The notes: generated from the letters alone by a model not told the origin. 63,327 nucleotides of DNA, filler included, from Octopus bimaculoides (GCF_001194135.2; 3 parts of 2 records of this genome joined end to end with filler, not necessarily neighbours in it); one strand, 5' to 3'; positions 37,130-50,800 are shown, numbered from the whole stretch's first letter. Made by a program: numbers and translations.

Positions 37130-37470
37130 TGTGACAGCAATAGTGATGGTGATGGTGATGATGGTGCTAATGATAATGATGAGGATGATCAGGGAGAAGA
37201 GGATGCTGCTGTTGCTACTGTTGCTGCTGCTGCTGATGATGACGATCATAGTGGTGATGAAGATGATGAGGAGGTGGTGGTGGTGGTGGTGAAACAGGAT
37301 GCTGATGAGGATGACAATGATGATGAAGACGATGATGTTGATGATGATGATGGTGATGATGAGGAAGACAACGATGATGAAGATGAAACTGATGATGATG
37401 ATGATGAAGCTATTGTTTCTGTTACTACTGCTGCTGCTGCTGATGATGATGATGATGATAATAGTGATAT
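37130..37470. repeat. (GAT)/(GCT)/(GGT) low-complexity tract
   Basis: Direct inspection. Confidence 0.9.
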
Positions 37471-37877
37471 GAAATGATCTGTTTCATAGCTGTGTCGGTG
37501 AAATGGTTTTTGCAATCATCAGGAACAAATAGAAAGTAATAGCAAACAGGTTTAATTATTTGCTCTTTTACAGGTAATCATCAAGATCTGGATTTCTGTT
37601 ATGATAGGACAACGACAAAGAAAATGCCATTACAGAGAAAATCTTTACTGCGAAGCAGAGACAAAGATGGTAAAACTGTTTGCCCACCCACCAAAAAATA
37701 TCTGGTTATCTGAAGAATCAGAAGACAGCCAGTCTTCTCACAAACAATAAAAATTTCTTGGTGTGTCACAATTTTCACTGCGCATCTGTGACCTGTTTAA
37801 TGACTTCCTGACAATTGTCTGGTTGTTAGTGTTATTCTTGAAATACTTAAATATTTTACCACACTATTGCAGTTTGT

Positions 37878-38195
37878 GTGGAGACGCAATGGCCCAGTGG
37901 TTAGAGCAGCGGACTCGCGGTCATAGGATTGCGGTTTCGATTCCCAGACCGGGCGTTGTGAGTGTTTATTGAGCGAAAACACCTAAAGCTCCACGAGGCT
38001 CCGACAGGGGATGGTGGTGAACCCTGCTGCACTCTTTCACCGCAGCTTTCTCTCACTCTTACTTCCTGTTTCTGTTGTACCTGTAATTCAAGGGGTCAGC
38101 CTTGTCACACTCTGTGTCACGCTGAATCTCCCCGAGAACTACGTTAAAGAGTACACGTGTCTGTGGAGTGCTCAGCCACTTGGACGTTAATTTCA
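37878..38195 (+). mobile_element. tRNA-derived SINE family B, 3' truncated
   Basis: A box tggcccagtgg, B box gtttcgattcc. Near-identical to 42007-42396. Confidence 0.9.
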
Positions 38196-38578
38196 TGTTA
38201 GAATAATTTGTTATGGGCTCTGAAGTTGCCATTTCATGGGATTTCAGTCTACTGGACTTCCTCAGTGGCAGGTATCTGCTATGATATATGCCTATGATTT
38301 TATATACCATGCACCTATATAAGAATATTTCTCAATGCTAATACTGCAGTATTTGGCATTCTAACAAGACACCCACATTAAGTTGGATATAAAGACTGCT
38401 CTTTAGTACTAATATGGCTGGCTTCCATCACTAATAATTTTATATATATATATATATATTTACACATATATATATGCTATGCATGGATATATACAAACGT
38501 ATATAAATACATACACATAAAAATATACATAAATACAATTATGTGTGTAGTGCATGCAAGTGTGCACATATATGTGCA

Positions 38579-38616
<38 letters not shown>

Positions 38617-39098
38617 AGATTGTTTTTCTCCCTGGGGGTTGGTAAGAGTCTTATCTGGCTTCTTACCTTGTTGTAAGTCACCAAAGCTATTGATAACGAA
38701 TTAAACAGTTCCAGTTCATTTCAGTATAATGTCTTATTACAATGTCTTACAAGAACACTTTAAGTCTTTTAATAGCTGAAGTAGTTATTCAGTACCATCT
38801 CAAGGTATCTTTCATCATTCGTTAACCTAATTGATATTCTCATTACTTTTAGGCAAAATTCCTATCTCTGGTTTTTGGAAAGATTTTCCTCAAATGTTAT
38901 CTGTTTTTACATTGCAGTTATTTACTGAATTCTTGCTTCTTAAGATTAATTGACAAATTTTCTTCATGACAAAAGATTTTTCTGTCCTAAAGACCTACTT
39001 GTTTGATTGATAAGTAGCTTGATCTGAGGCTGTATGTTGATACTTTAGTAATTATGCGGCATAAAAGATATTTCAGCCATTTAATATCACACAAAATT

Positions 39099-39620
39099 TG
39101 GCTGTGTGGTTAGTAGCTTGCTTACCAACCAAATGGTTCCAGGTTCAGTCCCACTGCATGTGTCTTTTACTATAGTCATGGGCTGACTCGGTATTGTGAG
39201 TGGATTTGGTAGATGGAAACTGAAAGAAGCCCGTTGTATATATGTATTTATATATTTGTATATGTTTGTGTGTCTGGGTTTGTCCCCCCCCCCCACTATT
39301 GCTTGACAACCGATATTGGTGTGTTTGCATCCTTGTAACCTAGCAGTTTGGCAAAAGTAACTGGTAGAATAAGTACTAGGCTTACAAAGAATAAGTCCTG
39401 GGGGGTTGATTTGTTTGACTAAAGGCGGTGCTCCAGCATGGCCACAGTCAAATGACTGAAACAAGTGAAAGAGTAAAAGAGTATTTGTTTTGAGGCAGTG
39501 AGCTGCCAGAACTCTTAGCACACCAGACAGAGTGCTTAGTAGCATTTTGTCAGTCGTTATGTTCCGAGTTCAAATCTCACTAAGGTCAACTTTGTGTTTT
39601 ATTCTTTTGGGGTTGATAAA
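39099..39620 (+). mobile_element. SINE family A (39099-39483) followed by SINE family D fragment (about 39495-39620)
   Basis: Family motifs as in the other copies. Confidence 0.8.
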
Positions 39621-39717
39621 CTTGCATACGTGTGTGTCTGTGTGGAAGTTTACATTTGGGTTTCTCTGAAAAGAAACCTCATGTGATAATTAGATGATGA
39701 TGATAATAATATTTTTT

Positions 39718-39758
39718 CCTCCTCCTCCTCCTCCTCCTCCTCCTCCTCCTCCTCCTCC

Positions 39759-39817
<59 letters not shown>

Positions 39818-39822
39818 GTCGT
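39718..39822. repeat. (CCT)n(CAT)n microsatellite
   Basis: Direct inspection. Confidence 0.95.
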
Positions 39823-40634
39823 CATCATTATCATGTAATGTGTTTTAATTAATCTATTCATACCCTCTAGTCATCTAATATTATTTTATTCACTCACAAG
39901 CAGTATGATCCTTTTTATAATTTCCTCCAAACACCAATTGCCAAATCTGTGACCAAACCAAATGTTTCATCTTGAACTTCAATCAATAAATAAACAGTTT
40001 AAGCACAAGTCCTGTGCATTTCTCACAACTCTAAAACTGAAGAGATATAATTAGGTTGAAATTAGAATGCTCTAGCTTATTAGATCAGTGTAATTTGGAA
40101 TTATGGCCATAAAATTGATTACACTAGGAGTAAGTTCTTCGGTTTCGTCCGTAAACAATTATTTGATTATTAATTTTAAATTGTAGTTATAAACATGATC
40201 AGTACATTTATATATGTATATATATGTATATTGTTAGGATATATGTATCTAAGAGGGTTGTTCTTTGGTGCATTTCCAACAAATTTTCTGAGTGATCTCT
40301 AGCCGTTAAAACATCAATTTTAATACTACATATGATTCCACAAATACTATAGTTTAGCTGTTAAAAGATGTTTTAATACTACATATGGTTCCACAGATAC
40401 TATAGTTTAAGCTCTACCTATGAGCCTGTTAATATTGTGATCCACTTTTCAATATTTCAGCTTCTAATGCTTATTTATTAGTTTGAATACTAGGTTGTAC
40501 CTAATAGTTAATAAACTCATGGCAAATACAAACACACGAAAGCAGGCACAATCACAAACACATAAATGTATATTTGTGTGTGTGTGTGTGTGAGTGTGTG
40601 CATGTATATCTTTGTGTGTTTGTGTATACGTAGC

Positions 40635-40685
<51 letters not shown>

Positions 40686-40912
40686 NNNNNNNNNNNNNNN
40701 NNNNNNNNNNNNNNNNNNNNNNNNNNNNNNNNNNNNNNNNNNNNNNNNNNNNNNNNNNNNNNNNNNNNNNNNNNNNNNNNNNNNNNNNNNNNNNNNNNNN
40801 NNNNNNNNNNNNNNNNNNNNNNNNNNNNNNNNNNNNNNNNNNNNNNNNNNNNNNNNNNNNNNNNNNNNNNNNNNNNNNNNNNNNNNNNNNNNNNNNNNNN
40901 NNNNNNNNNNNN

Positions 40913-40997
<85 letters not shown>

Positions 40998-41077
40998 GCA
41001 TATATGTATGTATGTATACACACACATACATCAGCCTAATTAGATTATACAGTGGTTTTCCTCTTTTTGATACGCAG

Positions 41078-41450
41078 TTAATCCTTTGGAGACGAAGCTT
41101 TGTTTTTGATGTTTCCTTTCTTCAGGGAACTCATTAATGTGTTGATGCGATTGATTACAAGATACAAAAAGATTAAGAGTGAAATACTTTTTAATTCTCT
41201 TAAAGCAATCCTGCAATCTCAACAGACAATGAAGGATGTAAATAATCTTAAAGAAATCAACCCTTTCTCCTTGTCAGTACAAAGATTTTGGTGGGCTGAT
41301 AGATTGGCCCAACAGCCTTAAGGGAGCCTCTATGTTGTTAAGATGTTGAAGCTAAAACTATCTTTCAAGATATTCCCTAATTCCAGAATGCAAAAAATCG
41401 TTTGAGGACTGATTCTTCTATTTCTGCTGCATTATGTACTAAACGAAACA
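41078..41450 (+). mobile_element. Putative decayed DNA-transposase C-terminus (hAT dimerisation-like)
   Basis: ...RFWWAD... followed, after a frameshift, by DVEAKTIFQDIP*FQNAKNRLRTDSSISAAL, resembling AER.FS....K...RNRL....SALL. Weak. Confidence 0.35.
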
Positions 41451-41744
41451 CAACAACAAGATTATGAGCATGAGTTGTTGCTGTTGTTGTTCTTGTTGTT
41501 GGTGGTGTTATATAAGTCCAGTCCTGCTATTATGGGGGCAGACCTGTGTTCAGTTGAAACCAGGTTGTCTTTCTTTCTGCAGACATAGTATATCTTGGAC
41601 TATTTTACAACCAAGGGATTATTTTTAAGGTTGACCAAATCCTTGTAAGCAGATTTGCTTGATGGAGACTGGAAGCCTGTTCCTCAATACTTACACCCCA
41701 CTTCCAGTCAAGGAAACTTTGTCTTGTCCTGAAAGTTACATGGT

Positions 41745-41951
41745 AACCCCACCAATGCTAGTGTCATGAAAAAAGACATCCAGTACATACTGTAAAGTGG
41801 TCGGAATTAGGAAAGGAATCCAGCCATAAAGGCCATGCCAAAATAGACAATAGCACTTGGTACAGCCCTCTGGCTTGCTAGCTCTTGTCAAAATGTCCAA
41901 CTCATGCCAGCATGGAAAACGGGCGTAAAATGATGATGATGATGGTGATGT
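41745..41951 (+). mobile_element. RTE LINE 3' end, diverged
   Basis: aggaaaggaatccagcc...tccaactcatgccagcatggaaaacgggcgtaaaatgatgatg. Confidence 0.7.
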
Positions 41952-42006
41952 TGTGTGTGTTTGTATATCTAGTTACATTTGTCTGTCTTTACCTTTTTCT
42001 CTAGTT

Positions 42007-42396
42007 GTGGAGGTGCAATGGCCCAGTGGTGAGGGCAGCAGACTCGCGGTCATAGGATCGTGGTTTCAATTCCCAGACTGGGCGTTATGAGTGTTTATTG
42101 AGCGAAACCACCTAAAGCTCCACAAGGCTCCGGCAGGGGATGGTGGCGAACCTTGCTGTACTCTTTCACCACAACTTTTTCTCACTCTTACTTTCTGTTT
42201 CTGTTGTGCCTGTAATTCAAAGGGTCAGCCTTGTCACATTGTGTCACGCTGAATATCCCCGAGAACTACGTTAAGGGTACACGTGTCTGTGGAGTGCTCA
42301 GCCACTTGCATGTTAATTTCACGAGCAGGCTGTTCCGTTGATCGGATCAACTGGAACCCTCGACGTCGTAAGCGACGGAGTGCCAACAGCAACAAC
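42007..42396 (+). mobile_element. Full-length SINE family B with CAA tail
   Basis: tRNA-like head with A/B boxes. Ends gacggagtgccaacagcaacaac. Confidence 0.9.
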
Positions 42397-42790
42397 GTTC
42401 TGAGTTTAAATTCCACCGAGGTAGACTTTGCCTTTCACCCTTTTGGGGTCAATAAATTAAGCACTAGTTGTGTACTGGGATCAATCTAATCAACTGGAAC
42501 TCTCCCGCAAAATTTGAGGGCTTGTGCTTCGAGTAGAAAAGAACAATGACAGTTACATTGTGCTAGTAATAATTTTTTCTACTATAGGCATAAGGTCAGA
42601 AATTTCGAGAGGGGGGAACTAATCGATTACATTGACCCCAGTGTTTTACTGGTACTTAATTTATCAACCCCGAAAAGATGAATGGCAAAGTCGACTTTGG
42701 TGGAATTTGAACTCAGAACATAGTGGTGGGCGAAATACCGCTAAGCATTTCGTCCAGCATGTCAACAATTCTGACAACTCACTGCCTTAA
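42397..42790. mobile_element. Tail-to-tail pair of SINE family D (about 42397-42543 +; 42574-42790 -)
   Basis: Family D core on both strands. Confidence 0.8.
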
Positions 42791-43967
42791 CATTGAGCTA
42801 GTAACAATGACAGTTACTCCTAAAAGAAGAGCTAGTCTCCATCATCGAGCTAATCGACATCATTGAGTCACAGGTTTTACATCAGAGATTTCCTTCTCTG
42901 CCTAATTCTGTCCTCAAAGGTCAGCCTCACGCTATAGTTGAAGACACCCAAGGCACAGTGCATATACATTAATTATGATACACAGTTAGCTATTTTAATA
43001 TTGTTTTAAATTTAAAGTACTGGAGCAAATATGTTAATAAATTTAGTTATTTTTTGTAACCTAAATACTAAAAGTACTTTTGTTATTTAAGTTCTGAACA
43101 AAGCATTATAAATCACTACTTCCCACTACATGAGATTTTAAAATATTTCTTCAGTTTTATTCAATATTTTGTCATTTTGATGCAAACAATCACAAGATTC
43201 TTTGGAGCCTGGTTTTTTATCTTTTTTAATTTTATCTTCAAGGATGTAGTTTGTCAGGTAAGCATTGTCATGTGTTAAATAAAAACCCCGGGTGACACCT
43301 ACATAATCGTATATTATTGGTTTCTGTTAAAAATACAGAATACAAAATAGAAATCAATCTTCTTTCACTTTAATCTTCATGACAATTAAACAGAATTAAA
43401 AATATTTTATGATATATTAAATTAATCAAATTTTATAAATGATTGAGTAGCTTTTCAAAGAATTTAATCTTCCAAGAAAGGAGTTGCATAAAATTGGATT
43501 AAAAAAGATTTGCAAAAGATTTTATTAACAAGGGACGGTGATTCTTGGAAATGAGATAAAAAGAAGAAAAAGTTTGGCAAATATGTTATATAGGTTTCTA
43601 GGATAATAACAAATCTTCATATCGTCATTTTATTAGATTTATTTTTTTTAGAAAATGAGAGAGACAGAGAGAGATGGTGGGGTTAGTAGCAATAAATTGT
43701 CCATTGAAGAATAACATTTGCAGTCAGTATAATTGTGCATGTTTTGAATGTTTGTTAAATAATTTTATTTAGTGTGAAATATGAAATTGGACGAAACTGA
43801 GTACAACATCTCATCTATCAAAAATGAAAGAAAAATACGAAAATCGTGGTTTATAAATTGTTGACAATAAATTTGACAGACATGTTGTTTGTATGTCAGT
43901 GGAAGTGATTTATGGACTGGTTGTATGTACATTGAAATATGTCTGTAAATAGATATGCGCACGCACG

Positions 43968-44023
<56 letters not shown>

Positions 44024-44184
44024 TACACACATACATAAGTTTTGTAATGCAAATAGGAGAAATAGAACTCAATACATAAAGTAGAGTACAAAAACAAAAC
44101 AAGGCATAGAGTTTCCCATTTTCTCATGTAGCTCTATCCCATTGAGTCGTTTATGTAGCTTATGAATCAATAAATAAAGATCTG

Positions 44185-44241
<57 letters not shown>

Positions 44242-44276
44242 CACATATACATACATACATACATACATACGCATAT

Positions 44277-45385
44277 CATCATCATTGTCATCATTTAATG
44301 ACCGCTTTTCATGCTAGTATGGGTTAGATGGTTTGACTGAAAACTGGTAAGCTGGGGGGCTGCACCAGGTTCCAGTCTGATTTGGCACGGTTTCTGGATG
44401 CCCTTCCTAATGCCAACCACTCCAAGAGTGCAGTGGGCATAGTTAGGGCATCAGCCATAACTACAGTCTGACTTGGCTTGAAAAGTCTACACAAGCATGG
44501 TATATTGTCAAGGGTCTTGATCACCTGTCTCTGCCTGCATGGGTCCCAATTCTTGAATAGTGCTTTTAACATGCCACCGGTAAGGGTGACAGTCAGATGG
44601 CACTCGCATTGGCCATGACTACGATTTCACTTAGTTCAACAGGTTTTCCCAAGCACAGCTTATCGCCCAACAATTGAAGGATGCTTTTAATGGGCCAGTT
44701 ACACGACAGTAGCACAGCCACGACTATGATCTCACTTGGCTTCACGGGTCTTCTGAAGCACGTCATATCTGCAAAGTTCTCAGTCTCTTGTCATTGCCTC
44801 TCTGAGGCCTAACAATCGAAGTTCATGCTTCATCACCTCATCCCGTGTCATCTTGGGTCTACCTCTTCCACAGGTTCCCTCTACCATTAGAGTGCAACAC
44901 TTCTTCACACAGCTGTCCTCATCTATACACATCATGTGACCATACCAGTACAGTTGTCACTCTTGCACACCACATCTGATGGTTCTTATGTCTAACTATT
45001 CTCTCAAGATGCCTACATTCTGTTGTGCTTGCACACCGACATTATACATCCAGGATACTAGCTTCATTTCTTGCAAGCCTCAGCAGTCACAGTCCATGTT
45101 TCCTTGCAATGTAGCATGGCTGTTCACACACAGGTATCATACAGTCTGCCTTTCACTCCAAGTGAGAGGCCCTTTGTTACCAGCAGAGGTAGGAACTTTC
45201 TGAACTTTGCCCAGCTTATTCTTATTCTAACAACTATGCTCTCAGAGCATCCAGCCCTGCTACTGACTTGGTCACCTAGGTGATGAAAGCTATCGACTAT
45301 TTCTAGTTTACCCACCTGGCATGTGATGGAGTCTATTTTCTGGTGCCTCTTTTATGTTTTGACCAGAGATTGGTCCAGACCATGT
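44277..45385 (-). mobile_element. 5'-truncated RTE-type LINE (ORF2 C-terminus, 3' UTR and GAT tail)
   Basis: KLEIVDSFHHLGDQVSS..GCSESI..RIRISWAKFR..LPLLVTKGLSL.VKGRLYDTCV...ETW.VT, with stops and frameshifts. Confidence 0.9.
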
Positions 45386-45389
45386 CTAA

Positions 45390-45570
45390 CTTAAAATCAT
45401 CATCTAATAGGATTAGCCAAATTTTTTAAAGTCAAGTTTTGTGGTATCATGGTCCATTCAAGTAGGGAGTTCTTGGTGAGCGAGTTGTATCCAGGTATAG
45501 GTGGCTTATCTGGTATTCCTTGAAGAAATTTGTCCAGATTCCATTTAAAGGTGTTGAGATCCCCAGACAC
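45390..45570 (-). mobile_element. 3' end of a second LINE clade (CR1/L2-group-like)
   Basis: FKWNLDKFLQGIPDKPPIPGYNS..KNSL resembles FK..LD.FL..IPDQP..PGY....NSL C-termini. Confidence 0.55.
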
Positions 45571-45966
45571 AACATCATATATATATTATATTATATTATA
45601 TTATATTATATTATATATATATACTAATAATATTAGGGAATAAAAACTTATTCCAACCTTACAGGTGAAATTCGGTATAATATTACACCAAGTTTCGTAA
45701 TATATATGTATATAACTAGTTTAGAGACGAACCACCACTCTATAACTCAGTCAACGAAGAACCCATCCAAAACCATGCTGTGAGGCATATACCATACAAA
45801 TACTTATTTAAGATTTTAATCTAAAATTTTAATAATATATAACATATCATATAAAGAAACATTCATCATAAATATATTAATTTAAAAATCAAATGAAATA
45901 TAAATAGGACAGTAAAAATTAATACAATAATATAATGTGTAAAAGTATAAAAGTTAGTGCTTGTAC

Positions 45967-46087
45967 ATAGATTACGCGCGTTTCATGGCTGAAATAGGAC
46001 TATATAAAATCATAAGCAAATTCTATCTAAGTTCATTAGAACGGGAAAATGATTTTACTCCCCAAATCAGTCACTCTTCAGGTCAAA
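45967..46087 (-). ncRNA. Hammerhead motif of the PLE pseudo-LTR with a 74-nt helix II loop
   Basis: TGAC-CTGAAGA-GTGACTGA-[74 nt]-TCAGCCAT-GAAAC-GCGC-GTA-ATC. Palindromic helix III ACGCGCGT, first helix I pair mismatched. Confidence 0.65.
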
Positions 46088-46529
46088 TTCCTAAAAAAAA
46101 ATACCAAATATAATTCAAGGAATAAACATAAACATGAGAAATAAAAATATATATAACGAGACAAAACCTAATCCCTACGTTAACGCCATTGATATAATTA
46201 TTAAAAGTTACAATCTAAAAATGTTGAAAAAGAGTATTATAGTGAACAAGGTTAAATCATTATGGAAGAAGTAAATAAAAGTAAAAAATGTGTTAGTGAA
46301 TAAAGTTAATAAAAGACCTATGTCAATATTGTTTAAAAAATTTAAAAAAACATGACTTATCTGCCGGCGAGTTACTGTAGATTAAACCAAAATGAGTGTA
46401 CTATAGAATTTATACTGAAAGGTCATGTGATAAATATGGCGTCTATTACCCAGAGGTAAATGGGTATTATATTTACTATAATAATAACTAAAATATCGAA
46501 AAAGATCTACCTAACGTAAATAGTTTATT

Positions 46530-47878
46530 GAAGATTAAAATACTTAAAATTCTCAGATCTACGCAGAATAATAACCATACCACATACGGAAATTATATAT
46601 TACGTAAATAATGCTATGAAACATATTATCGTTGAATACTTTATAGTCAAAGGTAGTTATATCTTATAATTTTGTATAATATTGTGATGATTAAAGTGTA
46701 TTCTAAAGTTAATTTGATGTAGTTAACGCTACTAATCATAACTATAAGTTGGTACCTTATCCTAGGTTTAAATAAATAAATTAGTTATCTAAACTTATTA
46801 TATAAATAATTTAATTTATGTCTGCATTTAATATTACGTTCATTGTGGGTAGTATTTATGTTAACATTATTACTATAGTTATTATGCTCCAAAGTCACTA
46901 TACATTTATATACTACGTCCTCAACATTACATCTATTATTAAATTTACATTGAATCTACAATTACAATCAATTGTATTTTGGACTCCACTGGAGGTATTA
47001 CTTAATTTATTATTGTAAAACTTATTTAATTTAAATTTATTAAAAGATGAAATGATGTTGCCAACATTATTAGTGGTAGAGTAACCGACTCTAAATTTAT
47101 TGCTAGAAAATGTGTCCTTGTATTTCTTGTTGTCTTTAATAAATATCTTGATTAATTTAAAATCTCTTTAATAATGTTAGTTTTTACCTGTATCCCATAG
47201 GGAATTATTAGCCATATTTTATTCTTATTATTATTACTATGAGGTTTCTTGTTCATATTACTACCTATCTCGGGCTTCAGATGATTCTTAATACCGTGTT
47301 TATTATAATAGGTGTATTCATCATTTAAATTATCTTTTAAATTATAATTATATTTAGAATTGCTGAAAAATTTAATATTATTATTATATCCCGCCTTATG
47401 AAGCGCTTCATTATAATATGGTGCATATTTATTGAATATCTCATAGTTGGAAGAAAGTACTGAAATTCCTTTCCCTATATTATTTACAAACGCTTTCTTA
47501 ATATAAGGTGGATGGTTACTCTTAGTATTAATATATTTCAGGTTTTCGTTAATTTTATGGTAAGGTTGGGTTATACCTGCTATTAAGTTAAAATTTACAT
47601 CTAAGTAGTTAGCATTGCTATATTCATTATAAATTGTAACCCTAAGCCCATTTCTTTTAAAGAAACTATATTTTCTTCTTATATATTTCTAATGTTCTAT
47701 TCGTGCTATTTTTTGTTATTAGCAGGAGGTTATCTCTGTATAATCCACCCTCCAATTTAAGATTTTCTAATTGGAGTTCTGCTAATAAGTAAATTCCTAC
47801 TAGGTCTGTAACCTGAGCAGAATCCGGTGCTCCCATAGGGATACCAAAAAAATCCCTGGTATCTTTTCTAGCCCACAA
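46530..47878 (-). pseudogene. PLE reverse transcriptase / GIY-YIG endonuclease ORF remnant
   Basis: Motifs as above. Frameshifts, stops and catalytic D>N make it non-functional. Confidence 0.85.
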
Positions 47879-50800
47879 TTTACCTCTGGGTAATATACGC
47901 CATATTTATCACGTGACTTTTCAGGATAAATTCTATAGTACACTCATTTTCGTTTAATCTACAGTAACTCGCCGGCAGATACGTCATGTTTTTTTAAATT
48001 TTCTAAACAATATTGACATAGGTCTTTTATTAACTTTATTCACTAACACATTTTTTACTTTTATTTACTTCTTCCATGATGATTTAACCTTGTTCACTAT
48101 AATACTCTTTTTCAACATTTTTAGATTGTAACTTTTAATAATTATATCAATGGCGTTAACGTAGGGATTAGGTTTTGTCTCGTTATATATATTTTTATTT
48201 CTCATGTTTATGTTTATTCCTTGAATTATTTTAGGTATTTTCTTTTAGGAATTTGACCTGAAGAGTGACTGATTTTGGGGAGTAAAATCATTTTCCTGTT
48301 CTAATGAACTACCATTGGTTTCATGTTAAGGAATGCCTCAACAATTATTCAAGCTTATCTCAGAAATATCAGTGTTCATCTCCATTTTGGATTAAAACAT
48401 CAGTGTTGAACACCCATTCTCATTGTTCGATATCTACGTACACACACACATACTCATACATACATATATATGTATATGTATGTATGTAAGTATGCATGCA
48501 TGTATGTATGTATGCATGTATGTATATATATATATATGCATGTGTATGAATAAGTCTATCTGGAACCATCCAACAGCTATAAATCAATCAATATGAGAAT
48601 TTTATGTGATCACTTGACCTGCAAGAAATAGTAGGTCAAATTTCACTCGAATTGGATTCCACTGGCTTTCAAAATAATGTCACATTAAATGATATCATTC
48701 TAGGTACAATGAATTTGAATATAAATGAAATGATCATGGTTAGAATGCCTTTAATTATAATTGTGCTCAATAATGGCTGACTTGGAGTAAAATAACAAAA
48801 AAAAAAAACAGCAAATTCTTTCTCAAATTTTAAAAAAGAAATAAGGGTCACTTAACATATTATAGTTCTGAATATTCTATATTGTATAGGGCAACAGGGA
48901 AGTGTAGCCTGTTTGATGCAGTATCACATCATATTTTTAGGGGTAGTTGGTCCACTTTGGTCTCCACTCGGTACCTGACTCTCACCTGTAGCTCCAAGAA
49001 GCTATCTGCAGGCAACAATGGCCACACTCCAACAAACCACTTTGACTAAGAGGCTAAACCAATTAAGGGAAGCCAATGGGTATGTAACTCTTGGTGAGTT
49101 AGGGCTTGCCTACCTATGCATGTGAAGAATGGATCCAGTGGACTCTGCAAAAGAAACCTTCATGGTTCAACAGAGGAGAAGACAGCTACAGAAATGCACT
49201 GTGGATTGCAAAGAGCAACATGTGGCAAGTAATGCCATCTTGGTCATCCACTGCATCTGTTTCAATCCCCAGTCATCTAGACCTAGTCTTGCTACTGGGT
49301 TGTAGATAGTTATGATTAAAACAAAGTCATTGCCCAAATCACCTGTCATTTCTAGGATGACTAGATGGTCATCATTATTCCAATGGATAAACATGTGTGT
49401 TTATTCCATCATGTTTATTTGATCAAGGCTAATCATGAATTAGGTAACAATAACAACAACAACATCATCAACAAGCAAATTATTCCCAGCTATAATGTAA
49501 TAAAGAGGTTTGAAAAACAAATAAAGGAACAGGCATGACCAAGTAACAAGACCAGGCGAACAAATTGATCTATTGATCTATTTTAATCAACAGCATGCGA
49601 TCTGTTTGTATGGCAATAATTGGATAAAAACAATCAAACAGACAATTAAAATCACATGCAAAATTTCCTTGCCAAAATAATCCATCATGTTAAAATATCT
49701 CTTACATGGGCAATGTATGTTTCATGCAGTTAGAGGTAATAACTTGCAGTAATTCATTTCAAAACACATGAAGGAGCATTGAAAATTGAAAAAGAAAAAA
49801 AATGACATGGAAGATTGATCCTAAAACATGTAGCATCACATTTGTAAAAAGAACATTCAGCCAATTTGGAAACATGTAGAACCAATACCAAAACTATGTA
49901 GCACTAATTTAAGAAGATATAAAGAATAAAATGAAGTTTGAAATTTGAAATTCTTGTAGCAAAAGTCTCAATAAAACAGGTAGCACCAATTCCAAAATAA
50001 TGTAACGTAAACCCTTTTACTGCAGAAAGCAGATATGTCTACACTAAATTCCATTATCTGTTACTGTGGAAAGTAGTTTTATATATATGTATATATGTAT
50101 ATATATATATATATATGTGAAACAAAAAAGAGAAAAACAAAAACAAAACAAATAAAATAAACAACACATTTAGGGTCCAATTTCATGTTTAAAATTGTGT
50201 GTATGTGTGTATGTGTGTATGTATGTATGTATGTATGTATGTATGTATGTATGCATGTTTATCTCTGCATGTCTTTGCATCAATGCCACAACACAGGTTG
50301 AAGTGCCACTCGACTAGGTACTACAGTATGGCAATTTAAAGTGTGAAGCCCAGAGAGATAAAGTGCGTTACTTGAAAGCAAGTCAGGTTTGATACCTGGA
50401 ACATCATCTGGCCATAGAATATGGTCTTTAGAGGCCTCAGCAAACCCATGCCAGCATGGAAAAAAAAAACAAAAAACAAACAAACAAACAAACATAAAAA
50501 ACGATAATGATGAGGTGACAATGACATAATCATGATGATGATATTAATAATGATTATACACATCCAGACATGAGAAAGAAAGGATTATGGATTATGGATT
50601 TATTGCTAAGGAAATAATGACCCCTGTTAATTTTATTCCTTTATTAACTGGAATATCCAACAAAGAATCCTCTACATGATTGCTCATTCTGCTAAAAATA
50701 GCAGCCCAAATTTGCTCGAATTTACACCTTACTGTCTCAAAAAAATGAAGGGCACAGTGAAGGATAATGTCCTAGATCTGCAAAAATGAGGAGATGGTCA

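Larger units (their letters stand above)
45622..48310 (-). mobile_element. 5'-truncated Penelope-like retroelement with inverted 5' copy of its pseudo-LTR
   Basis: RT motifs GIPMGAPDSAQVTDLVGIYLL and GLYRDN (YRDD decayed), thumb region YLDVNF...SNHPP, GIY-YIG start CNCR..RCNVEDVVYKCIV. 47878-48310 is the reverse complement of 46031-46461. Confidence 0.9.

Noticed and set aside
37878-37960. tRNA-like sequences with A and B boxes here and in other SINE heads
   Set aside because: No complete cloverleaf or acceptor stem, and each continues into a SINE body, so they are not tRNA genes.
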